A stretch of 47,260 nucleotides of DNA from an uncultured bacterium (GTDB lineage: Bacteria; Patescibacteriota; Minisyncoccia; Phycocordibacterales; PALSA-1337). The DNA lies in NCBI GenBank assembly GCA_903864905.1, contig CAIPHR010000052.1, forward strand, positions 1-47,260, written 5' to 3'. This document shows positions 1-7,569 of the stretch, in pieces. Under the pieces are notes generated by a model. That model was not told the origin of the DNA, did no database searches, and worked only from the letters and a program-made list of their open reading frames with translations. Numbering within the stretch: position 1 is the first letter of the stretch; the number at the start of each line of letters is the position of its first letter. The translations under genes were made by a program, and so were the position numbers.

Positions 1-83
1 GATTCTTTCCCTACGGGAACAGATTCTTTCCCTACGGGAACAGATTCTTTCCCTACGGGAACAGATTCTTTCCCTACGGGAAC
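1..83. repeat. Tandem repeat, 21-bp unit GATTCTTTCCCTACGGGAACA, ~4 copies, possibly truncated by the window edge
   Basis: Exact copies at 1-21, 22-42 and 43-63, plus 20 of 21 nt at 64-83; each unit holds the palindrome TTCCC-TAC-GGGAA; no spacers. Confidence 0.95.
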
Positions 84-142
84 GGTACAGGTTTCGTATT
101 TTCTCGGGTTTCACCCTCGAAAATATACTCAACCTTTTCTCA

Positions 143-179
143 TCCCTCACGCAAGGCGCGCAGGCGCCTTGCTCGGGGA
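143..179. other. GC-rich hairpin downstream of tRNA-Arg (possible terminator or palindromic element)
   Basis: Perfect 9-bp stem GCAAGGCGC-gcag-GCGCCTTGC at 151-172 with a weaker TCCC(T)/(G)GGGA outer stem. Confidence 0.55.
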
Positions 180-210
180 ATACCATTTATCTATTTTAAC
201 TAAACTTTTG

Positions 211-282
211 TGCCCCCGGAGGGATTCGAACCCCCAACGACTGTTCCGAAGACAGTAATGATATCCATTTCACCACGAGGGC
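211..282 (-). tRNA. tRNA-Arg(UCG), CCA not encoded
   Basis: Reverse complement folds as a cloverleaf: acceptor GCCCTCG/CGGGGGC, anticodon arm ACTGT-CTTCGGA-ACAGT, T-loop GTTCGAAT. Confidence 0.95.
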
Positions 283-350
283 ATAAACACCGGAACCAAC
301 AAATAATAGCGCATCTTGGATAAAATCCCAAATTATTGTAGAATAATGTA

Positions 351-1838
351 ATGAATCAGGTAAAAAATAACACAATTCCAAATGAAGTCATCAACGTAGT
401 AGAAACTCTGGAAAAGGCCGGTTTTCAGGCATTTTTGGTTGGCGGTTGTGTTCGTGACCTGTTTTTGGGCAAAAAACCTAAGGATTGGGACATAACCACG
501 AATGCCAAGCCCGAACAAATCCAAGCATTATTTATAAAAACAGTATACGAGAATACTTATGGTACTGTTTGTGTAATAAATGAGATTACTGAGGACAAAT
601 CACTGAGAAATATTGAGGTTACGCCATATCGTCAAGAAATAGGGTATTCGGATAGGAGACACCCAGATGAAATCAAATTTAGCGACAAGATCGAAGATGA
701 TCTCATGAGACGAGACTTTACGATCAATGCTATGGCAGTTTCTATTTCTAATGGTGCCATAAAGGACATAGTTGACCTATACGGTGGTTTTGCTGACATA
801 AAAGCCAAATCTATCAAGACCGTTGGTGCTCCACGTGACCGCTTCAACGAAGATGCTTTACGCATGATGCGTGCAATCAGGCTTGCTGTTGAACTTGGTT
901 TCACGTGTAACAGAGATACTCTAAAGGCTATACAGAGCCAAAATTCTTTCATAAAAGGAGTCTCGGCCGAGCGAGTTCGCGATGAATTCACCAAGATAAT
1001 CATGTCTGACGATCCTATGAAGGGTATCGAACTATTAAAACATGCCGGCTTATTGCAGTATATAGTTCCAGAACTTGAACAAGGAATCGGTGTTGAACAG
1101 CCTCAAGCACACACATTCGACGTTTGGAATCACTTATTGAGAAGCTTACAGCATGCTGCAGATCGAAAATGGCCACTAGAAATTCGTCTAGCAGCTCTAT
1201 TTCATGATGTTTCTAAACCTCAAACCAAAGGATTTTCACATGAAACGAGACAACCAACGTTTTACGGACATGAAGTTGTTGGTTCACGTGAAACACGTAA
1301 GATACTTGAAAGAATGAAGTTTTCACGTGTAACAACCGAAAAAGTGACCAAACTAGTACGTTGGCATATGTTTTTTGCTGATACTGAGACTATAAGCCTA
1401 TCAGCAGTTAGAAGGATGATTGTAAATGTTGGTCGTGAAAACATATGGGACTTGATGAATCTGAGAGCGTGCGATCGTATCGGGACAGGAAGACCAAAGG
1501 AAAATCCATTTAGGCTGAGAAAATACAAATCTATGATAGAAGAGGCTCTAATGGATCCTGTATCTGTAACAATGCTCAAAATCGATGGAAAAATATTGAT
1601 GGAAACACTTTCGATTAATCCAGGGCCTAAAATAGGTATGATTTTGAATGCATTATTAGAAGAAGTTCTGGATGATCCAAAACTCAATACGGAAAACTAC
1701 CTCACAAAAAGGGCACAAGAAATGAATTTACTAAATGATAAGGAGTTAAAAAGCCTAGCTGAGAAGGGAAAAGAGAGAAAAGGTCAAGAAGAAGAAAAAC
1801 TAATAGGAGAAATACGTAACAAACACCACGTGAACTAA
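351..1838 (+). CDS. cca: CCA tRNA nucleotidyltransferase with HD domain (class II NTase)
   Basis: VGGCVRD..DWDIT, RRDFTINAMA, EDALRMMRA, SAERVRDEF, LFHDVSK and FYGHE motifs. Confidence 0.9.
   Translation: MNQVKNNTIPNEVINVVETLEKAGFQAFLVGGCVRDLFLGKKPKDWDITTNAKPEQIQALFIKTVYENTYGTVCVINEITEDKSLRNIEVTPYRQEIGYSDRRHPDEIKFSDKIEDDLMRRDFTINAMAVSISNGAIKDIVDLYGGFADIKAKSIKTVGAPRDRFNEDALRMMRAIRLAVELGFTCNRDTLKAIQSQNSFIKGVSAERVRDEFTKIIMSDDPMKGIELLKHAGLLQYIVPELEQGIGVEQPQAHTFDVWNHLLRSLQHAADRKWPLEIRLAALFHDVSKPQTKGFSHETRQPTFYGHEVVGSRETRKILERMKFSRVTTEKVTKLVRWHMFFADTETISLSAVRRMIVNVGRENIWDLMNLRACDRIGTGRPKENPFRLRKYKSMIEEALMDPVSVTMLKIDGKILMETLSINPGPKIGMILNALLEEVLDDPKLNTENYLTKRAQEMNLLNDKELKSLAEKGKERKGQEEEKLIGEIRNKHHVN
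897..1334. other. Cluster of parS-like 16-mers inside cca (897-912, 1232-1247, 1280-1295, 1319-1334)
   Basis: GGTTTCACGTGTAACA, ATTTTCACATGAAACG, TGGTTCACGTGAAACA and GTTTTCACGTGTAACA versus consensus TGTTNCACGTGAAACA. Confidence 0.75.
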
Positions 1839-1859
1839 CATTTGTCTTTTATAACTGAG

Positions 1860-1906
1860 TTATCCACAGTATTGTCCTTTACAGTTATTTCTAAAGGACA
1901 TACAAT
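1860..1906 (+). promoter_or_regulatory. Sigma70-type promoter with upstream DnaA box
   Basis: TTATCCACA at 1860-1868; -35 TTTACA at 1878-1883; 17-bp spacer; -10 TACAAT at 1901-1906. Confidence 0.6.
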
Positions 1907-1912
1907 GATACC

Positions 1913-2278
1913 AGATCAGTTTGTTATCCGAGGTTCCCGATATAGATCGGGATAAACAAAAAATGTTCTTTCAAAAAATAGGTAGGCTTCACACACTAGT
2001 TATACGAAGCCGCAAAGAACTTTTTTTTCATCGCTCTGTTGCTTGGGAAAATTGTTAGTGTATCTTCTCACAAATTTGAAAAAAGCTTCCCAACGGGAAA
2101 GCATACATTAATTGAGAACGCACACCGACACCTAATAGGAATGGTCCTGATGATATTGATTCCGCAATTTGGAATCAACTGAGACTGTGGGTCTCTTGCT
2201 CTTTCGTTCTTTGCAAAGCTTCACAGTAGGCCGCGTTTTGCACAACCATTTTCTAGGTTCGCAATCGCGGCCTTTTCT
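1913..2278 (+). ncRNA. Candidate structured non-coding RNA of unknown class
   Basis: Follows the promoter, ends in a GC hairpin plus T tract, has several helices and no ORF of 60 aa or more. Confidence 0.45.
2228..2278 (+). terminator. Intrinsic-terminator-like long hairpin
   Basis: AGGCCGCG...CGCGGCCT closing stem with inner TTGC/GCAA and AACC/GGTT pairs, followed by TTTCT. Confidence 0.55.
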
Positions 2279-2317
2279 ATATACAAAAAGTTATTCTTAT
2301 AAAAAACTTTTGGGAAA

Positions 2318-3112
2318 TTATTTTAATATTATTTCAATAGGGCAATGATCAGAGCCCATGATAGTCTCCAATATTTTCGTCTTTTCAATATGTTTCAAAA
2401 CATCGCTAGAAACAAAGAAATAATCCAACCTCCACCCAACATTACGATCTCGAGCAAATGTTTTCATATCCCAATAAGTATATTTATCCTTCAATTCAGG
2501 ATTAAAATGTCGAAAAACATCAGTAAATCCAGCTTTTACAACACCGTCTATCCATGCGCGTTCTATAGGTAGAAAACCGGTATTTCCTGCATTCTCTTTT
2601 GGTCTAGCCAAATCTATCTCTGCATGGGCCGTATTAACATCACCACAGAAAATTACTTGGTAACCATTTTCCTTCAATTTATTAATATAATTCAAAAAAT
2701 GCTCATAATATTTCAATTTGAAAGCAAGACGCTCAGGACTACCACCACCATTTGGAAAATATATCGTCATTAATGCTGTTTTTCCTAGGCCATTAATCAA
2801 ATTACCGGCAGCAAAAAATAGACAAATGAAACGACCCTCTTGATCAAGATCATCTTTACCCAGGGCAAATTCAACTTTCTCTGGCTTTATTTTTGAATAA
2901 ATAGCTACACCACTATATCCCTTTCGACCCTTCGAGTGGTCAAAATATGAATAATAACCAACTGGATTTCTAATACCTTGTTCAAGTTGTTCTGCCTCTG
3001 CCTTGACCTCTTGTAAACAAAAAATATCTATTTCCCCATTTATTAACCAATCAAAACCACCCTTTTTCACATTTGCTCGTAACCCATTTACATTCCATGA
3101 AATTATTTTCAT
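2318..3112 (-). CDS. xth: Exodeoxyribonuclease III / AP endonuclease
   Basis: MKIISWNVNGLRA, LQEVK, GYSGVA, GDVNTAH, GWRLDYF and GSDHCP motifs. Confidence 0.95.
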   Translation of the reverse strand: MKIISWNVNGLRANVKKGGFDWLINGEIDIFCLQEVKAEAEQLEQGIRNPVGYYSYFDHSKGRKGYSGVAIYSKIKPEKVEFALGKDDLDQEGRFICLFFAAGNLINGLGKTALMTIYFPNGGGSPERLAFKLKYYEHFLNYINKLKENGYQVIFCGDVNTAHAEIDLARPKENAGNTGFLPIERAWIDGVVKAGFTDVFRHFNPELKDKYTYWDMKTFARDRNVGWRLDYFFVSSDVLKHIEKTKILETIMGSDHCPIEIILK

Positions 3113-3138
3113 ATATCAATAATAGCAGAATATATGGA

Positions 3139-4062
3139 TTATTTCTTATTATGAAACTGTTTATGAACCCTCTTCAATTCACTATCAGTAACATGAGTAT
3201 ATATTTGTGTAGTTCCAATATTGGCATGCCCCAAAAGCATTTGAACTGAACGTAGATCAGCGCCGTTTCTTAACAGATCCGTTGCAAACATATGCCGCAT
3301 AACGTGTGGAGTAACTTTCTTAGATATTCCAGCTTTTATGGCATATTTTTTAACAATTCTTTCGATTGATCTCCTAGTAAGACCATTTTCACCCTTGATT
3401 CCTCGCATTTCACTACCAGGAACACGTACAAACATCGCATCATCCACATCTGTTCTTTTATCCAAATACTTTTTTACCGCATCTTTTGCTTCAATAGAAA
3501 GAAATACCACACGTGTTTTGTCACCCTTACCGCGAACAGAGAATTCATCCGAAGAAAGGTCTAGATCACATGATAGGGAAGCTAGCTCAGAAACACGCAA
3601 TCCTGTAGAAAATAAAAGCTGTAAAATGGCTCTATCACGCAAAACCTGTATGTCATTACCTTGTGGGGCCTTCAATAGTCGCTCCAATTCACCAGTAGTT
3701 ATGAGGTCAAGCGACCGATCACCAACTTTTGCAAGCTCAATCTGCTCTGGAGCTAGTGATCTCACACCTTTCTTGGCTAGAAACTTGAGAAATGCTCTGA
3801 GTGCAATCAAATAATAGTTTTGAGTTTTCTTTTTCAAAGTATCACCAGTTGCTCGTATATTACCCGTAGATTGGCGATTTAACCACAATCTAAACTCTCT
3901 CACCATCTCAGATGTGATATCTCGAGCATCCTTGACTTTCGTATGACCTATAAATCTTCTCAAATACCTATCATAATTCTCGACAGTCTTCACTCCACGG
4001 CCTTTTTCAATCTCAATATATTCGAGAAATTGCTGTTTCATTTCATTAATATTGTGCGACAT
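3139..4062 (-). CDS. Tyrosine recombinase, XerC/XerD family
   Basis: RDRAILQLLFSTGLRVSE, VRGKGDK, TPHVMRHMFATDLL, LGHANIGTTQIYTHV; N-terminal SAM-like domain. Confidence 0.9.
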   Translation of the reverse strand: MSHNINEMKQQFLEYIEIEKGRGVKTVENYDRYLRRFIGHTKVKDARDITSEMVREFRLWLNRQSTGNIRATGDTLKKKTQNYYLIALRAFLKFLAKKGVRSLAPEQIELAKVGDRSLDLITTGELERLLKAPQGNDIQVLRDRAILQLLFSTGLRVSELASLSCDLDLSSDEFSVRGKGDKTRVVFLSIEAKDAVKKYLDKRTDVDDAMFVRVPGSEMRGIKGENGLTRRSIERIVKKYAIKAGISKKVTPHVMRHMFATDLLRNGADLRSVQMLLGHANIGTTQIYTHVTDSELKRVHKQFHNKK

Positions 4063-4158
4063 GGAGATATTGTAGCACTTTGAACCTATTTATGTGAATT
4101 GATGCAAAATTGATGCGAAATCTTGCATCAACCATTTATTCATGCTAATATCATTTCT

Positions 4159-4425
4159 ATGTTAACAACACGACAAAAAGTCAAAATTATCAAGGACTCA
4201 GGTGTTCATGATAAAGATACCGGCTCTCCAGAAGTCCAAGTAGCTCTATTAACCAAGAGAATTGACGAACTTACGGGACATTTAAAAAAACACCGCAAGG
4301 ATCACCACTCAAGACGCGGTCTTCTAGGCATGGTTGCTGACCGTCAGACACACCTAGTTTATCTAAAAAAGAATTATCCTCGAAGATACTCCGGCATCAT
4401 AAAGAAGTTGGATCTAAAGAAATAA
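4159..4425 (+). CDS. rpsO: 30S ribosomal protein S15 (ATG at 4159, 88 aa)
   Basis: [29 protein letters not shown]. Confidence 0.97.
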   Translation: MLTTRQKVKIIKDSGVHDKDTGSPEVQVALLTKRIDELTGHLKKHRKDHHSRRGLLGMVADRQTHLVYLKKNYPRRYSGIIKKLDLKK

Positions 4426-4594
4426 TTGGTATTTCACCAATTCTAGTATAGAATTACTGACAAAGGTCGGAATATTTTTTATACTTATTTTATTAAACAG
4501 TTGTATCATATCATTTTTATAAATTAATTCGAAAATTTGTAAGATTTACCATCAATCAAAATCGAGGACAAGCTTAAAATTTTAAATATAATCT

Positions 4595-5122
4595 ATGTCA
4601 ATCATAAAACACAAGGAACAGCGCGTTGGTATATTTATAGACGCACAAAATCTCTATCACAGTGCAAAAAATCTTTACCATTCAAAGGTCAATTTTGGCC
4701 AGATAGTCAAGGATTCTCTCGACGGACGCAAGCTAGTACGTGCTGTTGCATACGTTATAGCGACAGAATCAGGTGAAGAAAATGCTTTTTTTGATGCACT
4801 AACAAAGATGGGAATAGAAACGAAGGTAAAAGATTTGCAGGTTTTTAGCTCTGGGGCAAAAAAGGCTGACTGGGATGTGGGACTCGCTATAGATGCAGTA
4901 AAATTATCCCCGAAACTCGACGCTGTAATCCTTTTAACAGGTGACGGTGATTTCGTGCCACTAGTTGAATACCTACAAATGAACCAAGGTTGTCAGGTTG
5001 AAGTTGCTTCATTCGGCAAATCTACGTCCGCGAAACTCATCGAAGCTACAGATCACTTCATGGATCTCGACGAAACTCCAAACAAATACCTCATACGAGG
5101 TGGAGGCGGAGGGAAGAAATAG
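4595..5122 (+). CDS. NYN domain protein (LabA/DUF88, PIN-like nuclease)
   Basis: IFIDAQNLY, KKADWDVGLAID and LLTGDGDFVPLV motifs. Confidence 0.9.
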   Translation: MSIIKHKEQRVGIFIDAQNLYHSAKNLYHSKVNFGQIVKDSLDGRKLVRAVAYVIATESGEENAFFDALTKMGIETKVKDLQVFSSGAKKADWDVGLAIDAVKLSPKLDAVILLTGDGDFVPLVEYLQMNQGCQVEVASFGKSTSAKLIEATDHFMDLDETPNKYLIRGGGGGKK

Positions 5123-5212
5123 CATTTTTTGAGTATTTCTGATAGATTAAATATGTTCGGCTCTGCTTTGCAAATGCTTTGTTGAGCGATAAGTTCATTA
5201 TCAATTTATTAA

Positions 5213-5296
5213 TTCGCCTCCAGATAGACAGGTTTGAATATTTTGCGACGAAAATACAATCGCGAAATCATTTCAAAGCTGAAATCTAGGGGCGAA
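5213..5296 (+). promoter_or_regulatory. 84-nt rod-like hairpin in the region upstream of pnp
   Basis: TTCGCCTC/GGGGCGAA, AGAT/ATCT, TTTGAA/TTCAAA and ATTTTGCGA/TCGCGAAAT stacked helices. Confidence 0.55.
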
Positions 5297-5337
5297 CTGG
5301 TGCGCCGAGGTCTCACCTCGACCCACTAAACAACTTT

Positions 5338-7500
5338 ATGAATAAAAAACAATACTCACTCGAAGTCGGCGGTAAGATATTATCTGCTGAATTCAACGAT
5401 CTCGCCGACCAAACAAATGGGTCGGTCATCTTGAGATACGGCGGCGCCACCATATTAGCAACAGCAGTTATGGGAGACCTGAAAGACGGAGACTTTTTCC
5501 CATTAACGGTAGATTTCGAAGAGAGATTCTACGCAACAGGCAGGATATTGGGATCTAGATTCATGCGCAGGGAAGGGAGACCATCTACTGAGGCTATACT
5601 CTCCGGCCGCATAGTTGATCGTACGATTCGTCCATTATTCAATCAGAAGATGCGCAATGAAGTACAAGTGATCATCACAACACTATCTATCGGACAGGAA
5701 GATCCTGATGCAGTCTCTGTCATCGCCGCATCATTGGCACTCGGCGTTTCTGATATACCATGGAATGGCCCAGCATCAGCCGTGAGAGTTGCCAAGAACA
5801 GTGAGTGGCTCATCAACCCTGAGTACAAAACCAGAGAAGAGGTCGCTCTCAGTCTAGATATGATCGCTTGCGGTAAAGACGGCATGATCAACATGATCGA
5901 GGTAGCTAGCAAGGAAGTTTCTGAGGGTACAGTGAATGAGGGCCTGACACTAGCATCAGCAGAGATAGAGAAGATACAAGCATGGCAAATCAAGATCGTG
6001 AGTGAGATCGGCAAAGAAAAGACTATCGTTGCTATCAAAGAGCCGACTCCTGGCACGAAGGACCTATTTGATCACGAGATTGCTCCAAAATTTGACAAAT
6101 ACATATTCAGTAATGTTCCTGGGCATTCCAAGATCAATGAGATCAATAGTGAATGGAAAAAGTTATTTACAGAAAAGATGCCAGAGGGTGATACTGTGAT
6201 GGCACAGGAAGTATTCGAAGAAGCCGTCAATGATCTCCTCCACGATGGAGCTATAGATGAGAACAAGCGTGCGGATGGCAGAACTATGGATGATGTTCGT
6301 CCGCTTTTCGCCCAAGCAGGTGGTATTTCACCTATCCTTCATGGATCTGGAATATTCTATAGAGGTGGCACACATGTGATGTCGACTCTGACGTTGGGAT
6401 CGCCTGGCGATGCATTGGTCATCGAAGGACTGAACGTCACAGAAAACAAGAGATTCATGCATCATTATAACTTCCCACCATTTTCAAGTGGTGAGACAGG
6501 TCGTGTCGGTAATACCAATCGCCGCATGATCGGTCACGGGGCTCTAGCCGAGAAGGCCTTGCTCCCGGTTATTCCAGAAAAAGATAAGTTCCCATACACG
6601 ATCCGTCTCGTATCTGAAGCCTTTGCTTCGAACGGTTCAACCTCTATGGGGTCAGTTTGCGGTTCAACTATCGCACTTATGGATGGTGGTGTCCCTATAA
6701 AAGCACCAGTAGCTGGTATAGCATCAGGACTAATGATGAGAAAAGTAAGAAATTCAAAGACTGGTGCCGAGCTTGAATACAAAGTATTAACAGACATTCA
6801 AGGACCAGAAGATCATCATGGTGATATGGACTTCAAAGTCGCAGGTACAAGAAACGGTATAACAGCTGTTCAAATGGACGTAAAAGTTGGGGGTATTCCT
6901 TTGAAAATACTTAGTGAAGCGTTCGTGAAAGCGCAGTCAGCACGATACCGTATACTAGATGTGATCGAAAAAGAGATAGCAAAGCCTCGAGCAAAGATAT
7001 CACAAAACGCTCCTGAGATAATAGTCATGAAGATCAAACCAGAACAAATAGGTTTGGTGATAGGTTCAGGTGGGAAGACTATAAATGAGATCCGCGATAT
7101 TACACACGTCGAAGATATCACCATAGAAGATGATGGATCAATATTCATCACTGGCAAAAATGAAACTGCACAAAAAGCAAAGGAAATCATATACGGAATG
7201 ACACGAGAGTATATGCCTGGTGAAAAGTTCGACGGTGAAGTGACTAGGCTCATGGATTTTGGTGCATTCGTAAAGATTGGAGACAATGCAGAAGGATTGG
7301 TACACGTTTCTGAAATAGCGCCATTTCGAGTAGAAAGAGTAACAACATATCTAAAAGAAGGGGATAAGATCCCTGTAATCGTGAAAGAAGTAGATGATAA
7401 GGGTAGAATTAACCTATCGATCAAAGGTGCAAATCCTGACTTCTTCACAAAAAGAGAAGAAGTTCCACTGGCAAAAAAGCCATTTACAAAGAGATTCTAA
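5338..7500 (+). CDS. pnp: Polyribonucleotide nucleotidyltransferase (PNPase)
   Basis: FFPLTVDFEER, RREGRP, HHYNFPPFS, SNGSTSMGS, GDMDFKVAGT; KH and S1 domains. Confidence 0.97.
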   Translation: MNKKQYSLEVGGKILSAEFNDLADQTNGSVILRYGGATILATAVMGDLKDGDFFPLTVDFEERFYATGRILGSRFMRREGRPSTEAILSGRIVDRTIRPLFNQKMRNEVQVIITTLSIGQEDPDAVSVIAASLALGVSDIPWNGPASAVRVAKNSEWLINPEYKTREEVALSLDMIACGKDGMINMIEVASKEVSEGTVNEGLTLASAEIEKIQAWQIKIVSEIGKEKTIVAIKEPTPGTKDLFDHEIAPKFDKYIFSNVPGHSKINEINSEWKKLFTEKMPEGDTVMAQEVFEEAVNDLLHDGAIDENKRADGRTMDDVRPLFAQAGGISPILHGSGIFYRGGTHVMSTLTLGSPGDALVIEGLNVTENKRFMHHYNFPPFSSGETGRVGNTNRRMIGHGALAEKALLPVIPEKDKFPYTIRLVSEAFASNGSTSMGSVCGSTIALMDGGVPIKAPVAGIASGLMMRKVRNSKTGAELEYKVLTDIQGPEDHHGDMDFKVAGTRNGITAVQMDVKVGGIPLKILSEAFVKAQSARYRILDVIEKEIAKPRAKISQNAPEIIVMKIKPEQIGLVIGSGGKTINEIRDITHVEDITIEDDGSIFITGKNETAQKAKEIIYGMTREYMPGEKFDGEVTRLMDFGAFVKIGDNAEGLVHVSEIAPFRVERVTTYLKEGDKIPVIVKEVDDKGRINLSIKGANPDFFTKREEVPLAKKPFTKRF

Positions 7501-7510
7501 ACATTTCTCG

Positions 7511-7546
7511 AAAAAAAGCAGCATATCATATTATGCTGCTTTTTTT
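7511..7546. terminator. Intrinsic terminator after pnp (potentially bidirectional)
   Basis: A7-GCAGCATA-tcatat-TATGCTGC-T7. Confidence 0.8.
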
Positions 7547-7569
7547 GTCTCTGCTATAATGATGTCACA

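Noticed and set aside
1..83. CRISPR array
   Set aside because: Units are directly adjacent with no spacers, and there are no cas genes in the window.
196..524. ORFs 196-381 and 333-524 (minus strand)
   Set aside because: They overlap tRNA-Arg or lie antisense to cca.
2147..2195. Hammerhead ribozyme (CTGATGA, stem, GAGAC..GTC)
   Set aside because: The core has GAGA instead of GAAA, and no stem I pairing flanks the putative cleavage site.
1913..2278. tmRNA or RNase P RNA identity for the candidate ncRNA
   Set aside because: No tRNA-Ala-like ends and no GAGGAAAGTCC on either strand; a very divergent form cannot be excluded without Infernal.
3139..4062. Prophage or ICE integrase
   Set aside because: Xer-like size and motifs, housekeeping neighbours, no att sites or cargo.
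4123..4158. TTG-start N-terminal extension of S15
   Set aside because: ATG at 4159 gives the canonical length and has a -10 box 7 nt upstream.
7511..7546. dif site (GCATA..TTATG resemblance)
   Set aside because: It lacks the TTATGTTAAA XerD arm, looks like a terminator and is origin-proximal.
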